Of a DNA stretch of 64,000 bases, positions 25,247 to 38,903 are shown piece after piece. How positions within the stretch are numbered: the stretch's first letter is position 1; every line of letters starts with the position of its first letter. Made by a program: the position numbers and the translations under genes. The stretch lies in the NCBI RefSeq assembly GCF_963921235.1, contig NC_086108.1, forward strand, positions 25,296,001 to 25,360,000, written 5' to 3'. Below the pieces are notes generated by a model, which was not told where the DNA came from, made no database searches, and was given only the letters and a program-made list of their open reading frames with translations. This DNA comes from Mobula hypostoma. Its lineage: Eukaryota.

Positions 25247-25680
25247 ACAAGGAGCGCAGCCACAAGAATGCAGCATCCACCATCTAGGCCATGGTTTCTT
25301 TTTGCTGCTGTCACCGGAAAGGTGGAACAGGAGCCTTAAGTCCCACACCACCAGGTTCAGGAATAGTTATTTACTCTTCCGCCGTCAGGCTCCTGAACCA
25401 GCGTGGATACCTTTACTCACCTCTGGTCTGAACAGATTCTACAACCTGGACTCATTTTCAAAGATTCTACAATTATGTTCTCAGTATTATATATTTACTT
25501 ATTTTTTTTATTTGTGCAGTTTGTCTTCTTTTTACACATTGCCAGTCTTTGTAGTTTTTCAATGTTTTATTGTATTTCGCTGTTTTACTGTAAATGCCTG
25601 CAAGGAAATGAATCTTAAGGTAGTATATGGTGACAAATACGTACTTTGACAATACATTTACTTCAAATTTTGAACTTTGA
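25247..25680 (+). mobile_element. Rex1/Babar 3' end, right half of the copy split at 13091
   Basis: RSLKSHTTRFRNSY, then the tail tactttgacaata...ttgaactttga. Confidence 0.75.
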
Positions 25681-26044
25681 CCAACACAATATTATAATGA
25701 ATGGCATCTTAAGCACAAAAGTCTGATAAAGAAAGAATAATTATTAAAGACGAAGAGAGAATATTCAGTAAATGTACACTGTTGTGTCTGTCCACAACCA
25801 AAGTCAATTGAATAAAAGCACACGTGCAGGAGATGGCTTTAACAGATCTGTTCACTTTGGAGTGAGAGAGAGAGAACAATGTGCATGCTCGGACACCAGC
25901 ACATGCACAGAGAACAGATCAATATACAGTGCTAAGTGTGTGGAGGCGTCATTGCTCGAAAAGAAAAAATCCTCCCCCTTTAGAGTAAAGCAACGTAACA
26001 CTGTATATGTAGAAAACATTTAATTTCCCTTTCTTAAACCCGTA

Positions 26045-26355
26045 TTCCAAGGACAAGAGGGCACAGTCTCGGGATAGAGGGGCATCCATTTAAACAGTGA
26101 TGCAGAGAAATTTCTTCAGTCAGAGGATGGTGAATTTGTAGAATTTGTTACCGCAGGCAGTTATGGAGGCCAGGTCTTTGGGTGTATTTAAGACAGACCT
26201 TGATAGGTTCTCGATTGGACACGGTATCAAAGTTTATGAGGAGAAGGCCAGGGAAGGGGCCTGTGGAGGGGCAAAAAGGATCAGCCATGATTGAATGGCG
26301 GAGCAGACTCGATGGGCCAAATGGCCAATTCTGCTCTTTTGTCTTATGCTCTTAC
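26045..26355 (+). mobile_element. CR1 3' fragment inside the Gypsy 3' region
   Basis: aggacaagagggcacagtctc...aatttcttcagtcagagg...gcggagcagactcgatgggccaaatggcc...cttatg tail. Confidence 0.82.
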
Positions 26356-26450
26356 TCCAAATAAATATGCTTTTACAAAAACAGTCCATAACTAACTTCA
26401 CAGTTCCAAAGGTTCAGACTGTTGGGTGGTGCTCTGTTTCTTTCTGGATA

Positions 26451-27308
26451 GTGCCTCTGGACTTGTGGAGTGGCATCTGGTTTGGCAGGTGTCAGGTTAA
26501 CAATAACATTCTCGTCGTGCCTCTGGACCTGTGGAGTGGCATCTGGTTTGATAGGTGTCAGGTTAATGATAACATTCTCGTCGTGCCTCTGGACCTGTGG
26601 GGTGGCATCTGGTTTGATAGGTGTCATGTCAATGACAACATTCTCGTCGTGCCTCTGGACCTGTGGGGTGGCATCTGGTTTGGCAGGTGTCATGTCAATG
26701 ACAACATTCTCATCGTGCCTCTGGACCTGTGGAGTGGCATTAGGTTTGGTAAGTGTCTTGTCTATGACAACATTCTCGTTGTGCCTCTGGACCTGTGGGG
26801 TGGCATCTGGTTTGGTAAATGTCTTGTCTATGACAACATTCTCGTTGTGCCTCTGGACCTGTGGGGTGGCATCTGGTTTGGCAGGTGTCATGTCAATGAC
26901 AACATTCTCGTCGTGCCTCTGGACCTGTGGGGTGGCATCTGGTTTGGTAAGTGTCTTGTCTATGACAACATTCTCGTCGTGCCTCTGGACCTGTGGGGTG
27001 GCATCTGGTTTGGCAGGTGTCATGTCAATGACAACATTCTCGTCGTGCCTCTGGACCTGTGGGGTGGCATCTGGTTTGATAGGTGTCATGTCAATGACAA
27101 CATTCTCGTCGTGCCTCTGGACCTGTGGGGTGGCATCTGGTTTGGCAGGTGTCTTGTCTATGACAACATTCTCATCGTGCCTCTGGACCTGTGGAGTGGC
27201 ATCAGGTTTGATAGGTGTCAGGTTAATGATAACATTCTCATCGTGCCTCTGGACCTGTGGAGTGGCATCAGGTTTGGTAAGTGTCTTGTCTATGACGATG
27301 TTCTTGGT
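26451..27308. repeat. Minisatellite, 13 x 66 bp, in the Gypsy integrase C-terminal tail
   Basis: GTGCCTCTGGAC recurs exactly every 66 nt from 26451 to 27243. The minus frame gives (DENVVIDMTPAKPDATPQVQRH)n between VGDQTWRCHVDQI and RHYPERNRAPP. Confidence 0.97.
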
Positions 27309-30300
27309 TTCCGGTGTCATGCTGTTGTCAGTAACATCATCACTAAGAGGTAAGTCTGGTGACTGTAATGTGTCCTTCTTGTTGAATGCAGTCGACTCAG
27401 GTGCGTGCTTCAGTTGAGCATCCAGTATCTGGTCCACATGACATCTCCATGTCTGATCTCCAACATCCACTGTGTTGTCCAGTTCTTGTAGCTATCCTAC
27501 CAGTAATCATATGCTAGGACTTCCTGTCCAATCCTGAAGCTCCTTCCTGCTTCACTTGGCAACTGGCTGAACAGTTTATTCTGCACTTCCCTCTGTAGAT
27601 CTGGTTCAGGAGGTCTGTGCAAGATCTCAGGTTCCTGCTCATGAACAGCATTGCAGGAGTATGATTTGTCATCGCATGGACAGAGTTCCGATACACAAAA
27701 GGGATGCTGTTCACCTTGTGCTGTAGAGAAATGTTCTCCTTGTCTATCACTTTATTGGACTTCTTGAAGGTTTTGGATAAACCTTTCAGTTAACCCATTC
27801 ATTGCTGGGTGGTGAGGAGTTAATGTGCAATGTCTGTTGTCATTTTTCTTCATGAACAGTTGGAATTCTTCTGACATGTATTGTGGTCACTTACAATGTA
27901 TTGTATCACTCACAATTTGTTTGGATAAACCGTTTCTGGTGAAGATAGTTCTCAGGGTGGAGACAGTTTTTTATGAGGTGGTTGACTTCATTGGTATAAT
28001 CTCCGGCCTCTGAATGAACATCCACAGCAATTGGAAACACAGAGTCCATGAATGGGCCAGCAAAGTCAATATGTACTCTTTGTCATGGTGAAGATGGCCA
28101 CGCTCATTGAACTTTTTGGCCTTCCTGAACAGCTTTTACCAGATCTTCAATCTGTTTATCTATTCCCGGCCACCACACATAGCTCCGGGTGAGACTCTTC
28201 ATCTTGACTGTAACCAGCTGTCCTTCATGCAGATTTTCTAACACTTGCAGTTGCGAAGGAACCAAAACACAAGATCCACACATCAGCATTCGTTGACATA
28301 CCAACAGTTGGTCTGGTCTCACAGAGAACTCCGGAAACATAGGGTTACCATGAGTAGGCCATCCTTGCATGATGATGTCATAGACTTTTGCCAACTTCGG
28401 GTCACTGCTTGCTTCCCCTTGTATTTCAGAATCTGTTACTCACAACTGGTCCACCAATGTGGTGCAGTAGGCTTCTGCTGGGTCGCAGTATGAAGACTTT
28501 CCTTCTTCAGTTGCCAATAGTGGAAGATGTGTTGTTTGTTACCCTTGAACTCTATGTCATAAGAGTGAGTGGGCTGCTAGGAATAGTGCTCAGTGTTGTA
28601 ACCAGGTAGGGGTCATTACTAGTATACATCTTCCTGGGATTGATATTGGTCACAAGGGCTGGTGATCCATCACGAATGTAAACTTTTGTCCATAGTGGTG
28701 AAACTTCTTTATTCCCCTCACTAGTCTAAGGGCCTCTCGGTCAACCTGTATGTAGTTGCATTCTGCGTTCATCAGTGATCTTGAAGCAAATGCAATCAGA
28801 CATTCAGATTGATCTTTCATTATGTGTGACAAAACAGCTCCAATGCCATAAGGGGATGCATCACACACCAGACTGATAGGCAGGGATAGGTCATAATGGG
28901 TGAGCAGTTCATCTGATATTATTAGTCTCTTAGTTTACTTGAATGCTTTTTCACATCTTTCTGACCATTCCCACTTTGCTCCTGTCTGTGACAGTACATT
29001 CAATGCATGCAGCACTGTGGAAGTGTTTGGGAGAAACTGGTGGTAGTAGTTTACAAGACCCAAGTATGACCTGAGTTGTGACACATTTTCTAGTTTGGGT
29101 GCCTGTAGTACTGCTTCAATCTTCTCTTGGGACTTATGTAAGCCATGCTTGCCAATGACATGTCCACAGTACGAGATTTCATGCTTGAAAAACTCACATT
29201 TCTCTCTCTTTTCGCACAGACCATAACCCCTCAGCCTGGTAAGCACTTTACCATGGTTCAGGAGGTGCTCTTCATCATTTTTGCCAGTCACGATGATGTC
29301 AGCAATGGAACATTATGTTCCCGGGATACCTTGGAGCCCTTGCTCCATTGCTCTTTACCAAAATGCTAGAGAAGATACAATGCCGAAGATGAGACGATTA
29401 TACTGGAACAGTCCTTTTGTGAGTGTTTATTGTGAGGAACTTCCTGCTTCTCCTCAGTATCCATTTGCAGATAAGCTTGTGACAAGTCAATCTTTGAAAA
29501 CCTCTCCCTGCCTGCCAAAGATGCAAAAGTGTTTTCTATTCATGGCAGGGAATACTGCATGGTACACGGCATCAGGTTGATGCTCACCTTGAAATCCCCA
29601 CATACGCGAATGGCTCCGGCCTTCCCTTTCTTGATCACTGGGATGATAAGCATGGTCTATTTGCTCCACTTAACTTTGAAGAGAATTCCAGATGCCTCCA
29701 CGCTCTGCAGTTCAGCATCAACTTTAGGATATAGTACGTAAGGCACTGGACGTGCTTTATTGAATCTTGGTGTTGCTGTTTCATCCAGTTCAATTCTGGC
29801 TTTCATGCCTTTGAGTTTACCAATCCTCCTCTCAATCACCTTCTCATTCTCATTAAGCAGCCGTGCCAGTCTCTGGTTAGTGCTACTGTTTGAGCTACAG
29901 TTGCTTGTTGATATCACACTGACAGCTTTGATTGAGTGCCAGTCAAGCTGGATTTTTCCCAACCACTCACGTCCAAAATGTGCTGGCCTTCCACTTTTCA
30001 ATACATAAAGATGTAATTGCTGTGTTTGGCCTCCATACATCACATTTGCCTTCTCTTTGCCTTTGGGAGACACTTTTTCACCTGTATAAGTCTTTAGCAT
30101 CACTGATGTCTTCTCTAATGGTATCTGAGAAGTCTGTTGTTGTCCAAAGCTGACTCTGTATCCATCTCCATTTTTAATTTACAACAGACACTTCTATTGT
30201 GGCCCAGATGATTTTGTGATCTGCTTCAGTTATACTATGCAGTTCTAGGCTTTACCGTCCACCTTTGTCAGACTCTATGTTGTCCGATTCTGTTTTACAT

Positions 30301-33300
30301 TTGGTAACTTTATGTACATGCTTTGCTTTGTCTTTGAGACTTTTCACTTGGTTGTGCTTTTTGTCTGCCTTGCATACTCTCTCTTTGTGTCCTTGTCTGT
30401 GACACTTTCTGCAGACTTTTTCTTTTAACCAACAGGCATTTGTATCATGGGATGATTTGCCACATCGATAATATCTTTGGCCTTTTGCACCATTCAGGGG
30501 CATTTTGTACATTTCACATTTGAACCTCCTTTTCTGGAGTTCTGCTGCAGTCTCTCACGATATTGCAATGGTCAATGCCCATTCTAAGGTTAGGTCTCTT
30601 TCTGCCAGCAGCCTCATTTCAGTGCTTTGACTATGCATGCCACGTACAAGCCTATCCTTTAATGTATCTGAAAGTCAATCTCTAAATTTACAGTACTGGG
30701 AATGTTTGCACAGTTCTGCGAGGTATTCAGAAATGCCTATATCTTTTAACAGGCTCCTTTTGTAACATCTAAATCCCTCAACTATTGCCAGTGGCTTAGG
30801 GCTCAAGTGATTTTGTAAATTTGCAACAATTTCATTGAACATCTTGCTTGTTAGCTTTTCAGGGGTTACTGTGTTGCATAAGAGATTGTATGTCTTTGCA
30901 TTAAGCTAAGAAGTGCAGGGGCTTATGTTTGTTCCTCCACATTGTTCGCATTACAATACAGTTCAATCCTCTTGATATATGACTCTCGGCCTTCACTAAC
31001 ACTGTCAAATTCATCAACACTGTTATTTCCACTTCAAGTTCAGTGTCTAACTGTTAACTATGCTGCACTCACCTTTGTTAGTGTCTATGACAGCCTTCTT
31101 GTGCTATTTTGTCCTGTAATCGTGCAGTAACTCTTGGTGTTGTTCATGATGTTTTCTGACATTGAGGTTTGTGTTCGTCACCAATTTGTTGTGTCTGTGC
31201 ACAACTGCATATCAATTAAATGAAAACACACACACGGGAGATGGCTTTAACTGGTGCATTCACATTGCAGTGAGGGAGAGGGAACAACGCACCTGGATAG
31301 ACAACAGATTAATACGTACTGCTAGGGGAGGAGTTTCCAATGCTCTGAAAGAAATAGATCTATTCATTACATATACAATGGGATGTTCTCCCATTTGTAA
31401 GAATGAACATATATACTGTACATATGTCAGACTTTTGAATTCAGTGATCTGCTTGGGTGTAGGAATATCTGCAGGCTAGGCCATATACACAATTCTCAGA
31501 GGATCAAGAATTCTCACCAGGGGTTGGTGGAGTTCAAGAGACTTTTAGATAGACACATAGCATGAATGGAATGGAGAGATATGAATGGTAATGGAGGTCT
31601 TTTAGTAAAATTAGCGTCAAGATTGACACATTGTGGGATGAATGGCCTGTTTCTTTGTATGTTTAATGATTGATCTGAATGTCCACTATATTTCTACAAG
31701 TCCTCAGTCATAGGAGAAACCTCATTAAATCTCAAATACAACTCATGCATATGCTTGCATTGTTCTTTCTGTCAAAGTAAAGGTCATACTCAAAGTCACC
31801 ATGCCAGGCTGATGATCATTCCAGCATCTTCTGCTGACCTGTGCTATATCGATGCTCACTGCTGCAGTAAGGAGGTCACTGTCTCACTCATCTACTTCTC
31901 ATCAGCCCACATGAGCAGGAGATCTGGCTAAGGTATATTATTGCCTTTGCAGTCTTCCCCAAAGTCTCATCATTCATAAACTACACTCATCACGTTACAG
32001 ATATTTTTTGGCCAAATTCTTGTCAGAAATACCTGGCAATGATACTGATGGACCTCTTCCACCTTTGATCAGAAGATAGCTTCCTACACGTGGCATGACC
32101 TACCATTGTCTTAATATCATATGAATATGTTTCCTGCGCTAAGAAATGACTGGAGCAATGCAGAGTGGTTAGTCTCCAATAGCTGGAAGAGAGCTGTTTG
32201 GTGCTGTGTACCTATTCCTGTAAGGGTAGTTGAGGAGCTCCCAGCTACATGTCCAAATGAAGAGAGCTGAGAGAAATTCGATGAAGCTCTTTTGTAAGCA
32301 GGTGTCCATCAGTGGCACGGTTGAATATGATATGGTGATCCTTTTCCAGCTTTTTAAGTAGCATAAGAGAGAACTGTCACAACATTTGAAAGTCAGATAA
32401 ACAAATTAGATAAACTTGAGGGCCACCTGTCATGAGCTCTTTGGGCCCATGCGGGGGCGGGGGGGGGGCGGTGGTGCTGGCGAGCATTGGGCTCTGAGGT
32501 TTTTAGAGTACCTGAACTGGTTAATTGTTGTTTAACACGATTCTTTCATTATTTAGAGCTCCTTGTGTTTTCCTTGAGTGACTCACTCTTTGTAGTGTGC
32601 TCTCCTGGTGATTTCTATTTATGCTTGTCAACTTTATTTTGATAGGCTTAGGGATTCATGTTACTTCTATTATTCAAACAATGCTCATTGCGGGGTCCTA
32701 GTTTTGAGGATGTTACTTCTCACAGTGTTGCTCGGCCAAGTCACTGATGTTCTTAGAACTCTTATGAATAAGCTTCAGTCACCATCTCCATATTGGCGTC
32801 TGTCCTCCCTCCACATTTGGGTTCTGACATTGCCAGTGCATATCATGTCACCGCTTTTGCTTCATCTACTAATATATAGTGAGGCTTCCTTTTTCATTGT
32901 GTTAACTGCAAAGAACCCTTTCCAAAATTATTTTAAAAAGATAAATAAACATACTTCCATCCTAAGCTCATCATGAAGCTGCCTTCCCCATGCCTAAAGT
33001 CAATATCTCTTTCACTCGCGATGGGTAATAAAAGTCAAAAATAAACTGCACATTGAAGAAAAGTGACAATATATGGAATTGCCAAAGAGGAATATCTGCT
33101 GGTAATCTTTGGGGTGTAGCAACTCAGTAAACAGTCTGTATTGAGAACATTCATAAGGTTAGTTTAATGGTAAACTGAGAAAATATATAAAATTTCAAAC
33201 AGAGGGCAATATTGGCTCAACCAGGCTGTTTGTTACAGTGAAAACAAAGATCACTGTCTAAACTTTCACCTGTCCATTTATTGCTTCTGGTGTGTATTAT

Positions 33301-33814
33301 CCCTAAATTTGGTAATTGGTAATTTGAGTATTGTTATCACTTGTACCAAGCTGTAGTGAAAAATGTTGTTTTGCAATGCCAAAAATACAGATAATTTCCA
33401 AATGTAAATACATTGAGGTAGAATAAAGGGAAAGGAAATAGCAGAATGCAGGCTGTGGTATTAAAGTCACAGAAAAAAAGTGCTGTGAAGGTGGACAAAA
33501 AGATGCAAGTTTTATGATGGGGTCGAGCAATCAATGCTTTATTGTCCAAGAGGTTGATTTACGAGTCTTATAACAGCAGGACAGAAACTGTCCTTGAGCC
33601 TGTTGGTAAGTTTTCAAGTTTTAATTTTTTAAATTATAGTTACATTGATAGCAGAACTGTTAATGCTCAAACTTTCTATGCACGGATGGTGTAATTTGTA
33701 AGTTTTAAGTAACAGTTTTTGTTTGAGTCCATATCTCCAGAAAGTACTGTTTTCCAACAATCTGTGTCAATCATTGAATTGCCTTGTAATTACTTAAGCA
33801 TTTTGCTTGTGGTA

Positions 33815-34241
33815 CATTACAAGGAGTATTGACACAGCAAAGCAGCATCCAGCGTCAAGGACTCCCAGCATTCAGTCCATGCTCTCCTCTCGCTGCTGCC
33901 ATCAGGAAGAAGGTACAGGAGCTTCAAGTCTCACACTACCAGGTTCAGGAACAATTATTACCCCTCAATCATCAGGCTCTTGAACCAGAGAGAATAACTT
34001 CACTCTCTATTCCACAACCCATGGACTCGTTTTCAAGGGCTCTACAACTTAGGTTTTCAATATTTATTGCTTATTTATTTGTTATTTTTTCTCTTTTGTA
34101 TTTGCAGTTTATTATCTTTTACATGTTGGCTCTGTGCGTTTTGGTTGTGTGCAGTTTTTTATTGGTTCGATTGTGCTTCTTTGTATTAAATATGAATGCC
34201 CACAAGAAAGTGATTCTCAGGGTAAGATATGGTGACATATA
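33815..34241 (+). mobile_element. Rex1/Babar 3' end whose tail is split; the remainder is at 45319-45365
   Basis: ctgctgccatcaggaagaaggtacaggagc...caggttcaggaac and ...ggtgacatata. The intact tail at 25625-25680 continues tactttgac/gaactttga, which matches 45319 onward. Confidence 0.8.
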
Positions 34242-35006
<765 letters not shown>

Positions 35007-35014
35007 TCAATTTT

Positions 35015-35278
35015 TGCAACACACACAAAATGCTGGTGGAACACAGCAGGCCAGGCAGCATCTATAGGAGGAGGCACAGTCAATGTTTCGAGCCGAGACC
35101 CTTTGTCAGGACTAATTGAAAGAACAGATAGTAAGAGATTTGAAAGTAGGAGGGGGAGGGGGAGATCCAAAATGATAGGAGAAGACAGGAGGGGGAGGGA
35201 TGGAGCTAAGAGCTGGAAAGTTGATTTGCAAAAGGGATACAAGGCTGGAGAAGGGAAAGGATCATGGGGTGGGAGGCC
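35015..35278 (-). mobile_element. Penelope-like pLTR fragment
   Basis: Minus strand agtcCTGACAAagggtctcggctcGAAAcattgact followed by gatgctgcctggcctgctg. Confidence 0.75.
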
Positions 35279-35280
35279 TT

Positions 35281-35909
35281 GCCACCACCTGGACAACACA
35301 AATGCCTATGTCAGGATGCTGTTCATCGACTATAGCACAGCATTCCCACAATCCTGATTGAGAAGCTGCAGAACCTGGGCCTCTCTACCTCCCTCTGCAA
35401 TTGGATTGTCGATTTCTTAACCAGAAGACCACAATCTGTGTTGATTGATAATAATATCTCCTCCTCACTGACCATCAACACTGGTGCACCTCAGTGGTGT
35501 GTGCTTAGCCCACTGCCCTACTCTCTATATACCTATGACTGTGTGGCTAGCCATAGCTCAAATACTGTCTATAAATTTGCTGATGATACAACCATTGTTG
35601 GTAGAATCTCAGATGATGATGAGAAGGCGTTTAGGAGCAAGATATGCCAACTAGTGGAGTGGTGTCACAGCAACAACCTGGCACTCAACATCAGTAAGAC
35701 GAAAGAACTGATTGTGGACTTCAGGAAGGGTAAGACGAGGGAACACATGCCAATCCTCATAGAGGGAACAGAAGTGAAGGGAGTGAGCAGTTTCAAGTTC
35801 CTGGGTGTCAAGATCTCTGAGGATCTAACCTGGTCCCAAAATACCGATGGAGTTATAAAGAATGCAAGACAGCAGCTATACTTCATTAGGAGTTTGAAGA
35901 GATTTGGTA
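35281..35909 (+). mobile_element. Rex1/Babar RT fragment ending at a Tc1 end
   Basis: [43 protein letters not shown]. It ends gatttggTA at the IR. Confidence 0.88.
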
Positions 35910-36481
35910 CAGTTGAAGTCAGAAGTTTACATACACCTTAGCCAAACACATTTAAACTCAGTTTTTCACAATTCCTGACATTTAATCCTAGAAAACACTC
36001 CCTGTCTTAGATCAGTTAGGATCGCTACTTTATTTTAAGAATGTGAAATGTCAGAATAATAGTAGAGATAATGATTTATTTCAGCTTTTATTTCTTACAT
36101 CACTTTCCCAGTGGGTCAGAAGTTTACATACACTTTGTTAGTGTTTGGTAGCATTGCCTTTAAATTGTGTAACTTGGGTCAAACATTTTGGGAATCATTC
36201 CACAAGCTTCTCAAGTTGCTGGAATTTTGTTCCATTCCTCCCGATAGAACTGATGTAACTGAGTCAGGTTTGTAGGCCTCCTTGCTCGCACACACTTTTT
36301 CAGTTCTGCCCACAAATTTTCTTTCGGATTGAGGTCAGGGCTTTGTGATGGCCACTCTAATACCTTGACTTTGTTGTCCTTAGCAATTTTGCCACAACTT
36401 TGGAGGTATGCTTGGGGTCACTGTCCATTTGGAAGACCCATTTGCAACTAAGCTTTAACTTCCTGGCTGATGTTTTGAGAT

Positions 36482-37074
36482 CGCAAACAACAGGAATTCT
36501 GCAGATGCTGTAAATTCAAGCAACACACATAAAAGTTGCTGGTGAACGCAGCAGGCCAGGCAGCATCTCTAGGAAGAGGTGCAGTCGACGTTTCAGGCCG
36601 AGATCCACGGCCTCCTCTACTGTAAAGATGAAGCCACACTCAGGTTGGAGGAACAACACCTTATATTCCGTCTGGGTAGCCTCCAACCTGATGGCATGAA
36701 CATCCACTTCTCTAACTTCCGCTAATGCCCTACCTCCCCCTCGTACCCCATCTGTTACTTATTTTTATACACACATTCTTTCTCTCACTCTCCTTTTTCT
36801 CCCTCTATCCCTCTGAATATACCCTTTGCCCATCCTCTGGGTCCCCCCCCCCGTCTTTCTTCCCGGACCTCCTGTCCCATGATCCTCTCGTATCCCCTTT
36901 TGCCTATCACCTGTCCAGCTCTTGGCTCCATCCCTCCCCCTCCAACTTTCAAATCCCTTACTCACTCTTCCTTCAGTTAGTCCTGACGAAGGGTCTCGGC
37001 CTGAAACGTCGACTGCACCTCTTCCTAGAGATGCTGCCTGGCCTGCTGCGTTCACCAGCAACTTTTATGTGTGT
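36482..37074. mobile_element. Young Penelope-like insertion inside the Tc1 transposase
   Basis: TSD TGATGT(T/C)TTGAGAT at 36468-36481 and 37075-37088; ~83-bp inverted arms with no mismatch by eye; GIY-YIG end LEEQHLIFRLGSLQPDGMN. Confidence 0.9.
36979..37014 (+). ncRNA. Minimal type-I hammerhead ribozyme motif in the Penelope pLTR
   Basis: AGTC-CTGACGA-AGG(GTCTCGG)CCT-GAAA-CG-TC^-GACT: stem I AGTC/GACT, intact core, palindromic ACGT helix III. Confidence 0.72.
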
Positions 37075-37869
37075 TGATGTCTTGAGATGTTGCTTCAATA
37101 TATCCACGTAATTTTCCTTTCTCATGATGCCATCTATTTTGTGAACTGCACCAGTCCCTCCTGCAGCAAAGCACACCCATAACATGATGCTGCCACCCCC
37201 ATGCTTCACGGTTGGGATGGTGTTCTTCGGCTTGCAAGCCTCACCCATTTTCCTCCAAACATAACGATGACCATTATGACCAAACAGTTCAATTTTTGTT
37301 TCATCAGACCAGAGGACATTTCTCCAAAAAGTAAGATCTTTGTCCCCAGGTGCACTTGCAAACTGTAGTCTGGCTTTTTTATGGTGGTTTTGGAGCAGTG
37401 GCTTCTTCCTTGCTGAGCAGCCTTTCAGGTTAAGTCGATATAGGACTCGTTTTACTGTGGATATAGATACTTGTCTACCTGTTTCCTCCAGCATCTTCAC
37501 AAGGTCCCTTGCTGTTGTTGTTCTGGGATTCATTTGTACTTTTCGCACCAAAGAACGTTCATCGTGTGCGAGCGAGCAGGCCTACAAACCTGTCTCAGTT
37601 ACACCAGTTCTGTCTGGAGGAATGGAACAAAATTCCAGCAACTTACTGTGAGAGGCTTGTGGAATGCTTCCCAAAATGTTTGACCCAAATTACACAATTT
37701 AAAGGCAATGCTACCAAATACTAACAAAGTGTATGCAAACTTCTGACCCACTGGGAAAGTGATGAAAGAAATAAAAGTTGAAATAAATCATTCTCTCTGC
37801 TATTATCCTGACATTTCACATTCTTAAAATAGAGTAGTGATCTTAACTGACCTCAGACAGGGCATGTTT

Positions 37870-38903
37870 TAGAAACATAGAAACATAGAAAATAGGTGCA
37901 GGGGTAGGCCATTCGGCCCTTCGAGCTTGCACCACCATTTATTATGATCATTGCTGATCATCCAACTCAGAACCCCGCCCCAGCCTTCCCTCCATACCCC
38001 CTGACCCCCGTAGCCACAAGGGCCATATCTAACTCCCTCTTAAACACAGCCAATGAACTGGCCTCAACTGTTTCCTGTGGCAGAGAATTCCACAGATTCA
38101 CCACTTTCTGTGTGAAGAAGTTTTTCCTAATCTCGGTCCTAAAAGGCTTCCCCTCTATCCTCAAACTGTGGCCCCTCGTTCTGGACTTCCCCAACATCGG
38201 GAACAATCTTCCTGCATCTAGCCTGTCCAATCCCTTTAGGATTTTATACGTTTCAATCAGATCCCCCCTCAATCTTCTAAATTCCAACGAGTACAAGCCC
38301 AGTTCATCCAGTCTTTCTTCATATGAAAGTCCTGCCATATCCCAGGAATCAATCTGGTGAACCTTCTTTGTACTCCCTCTATGGCAAGGATGTCTTTCCT
38401 CAGATTAGGGGACCAAAACTGCACACAATACTCCAGGTGTGGTCTCACCAAGGCCTTGTACAATTGCAGTAGTACCTCCCTGCTCCTGTACTCGGATCCT
38501 CTCACTATAAATGCCAGCATACCATTCGCCTTTTTCACCGCCTGCTGTACCTGCATGCCCACTTTCAATGACTGGTGTATAATGACACCCAGGTCTAGTT
38601 GCACCTCCCCTTTTCCTAATCGGCCACCATTCAGATAATAATCTGTTTTCCTATTTTTGCCACCAAAGTGGATAACTTCACATTTATCCACATTAAAATA
38701 CATCTGCCATGAATTTGCCCACTCACCCAACCTATCCAAGTCACCCTGCATCCTCTTAGCATCCTCCTCACAGCTAACACTGCCACCCAGCTTCGTGTCA
38801 TCTGCAAACTTGGAGATGCTGCATTTAATTCCCTCATCCAAGTCACTAATATATATTGTAAACAACTGGGGTCCCAGCACTGAGCCTTGCGGTACGCCAC
38901 TAG
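37870..38903 (-). mobile_element. Young 5'-truncated CR1 inserted in the Tc1 IR
   Basis: (TAGAAACA)n tail; [25 protein letters not shown]; nearly identical to the copy at 62070-63640. Confidence 0.93.

Larger units (their letters stand above)
25780..31377 (-). mobile_element. Decayed Gypsy/Ty3 LTR retrotransposon
   Basis: Diverged LTRs 31187-31377 and 25780-~25970 (minus-strand 3' ends ..CACAACA), PBS TGGTGACGAA (31174-31183), PPT AAGGGGGAGGA. Gag knuckle YRCGKSSH..C/CRKCHRQGH, RT KCEFF..YCGHVI/YLGLVNYY, RNase H CDASPYGIGAVL, integrase LHEG..KMKSL.RSYVWWP. Confidence 0.92.

Noticed and set aside
26451..27308. CRISPR-like constant/variable periodicity
   Set aside because: The variable parts are recurring point variants of one sequence rather than unique spacers, there are no cas genes, and the context is a eukaryotic retrotransposon.
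26295..27417. Plus-strand 352-aa and 315-aa repeat ORFs as host genes
   Set aside because: Openness follows from a stop-free 66-nt unit. The longer ORF starts inside a CR1 3' UTR, and both are antisense to Gypsy pol.
31780..32400. Possible very old RTE-like LINE remnant (minus-strand FGHVA motif)
   Set aside because: A single short motif is too little to support a feature call without a profile search.
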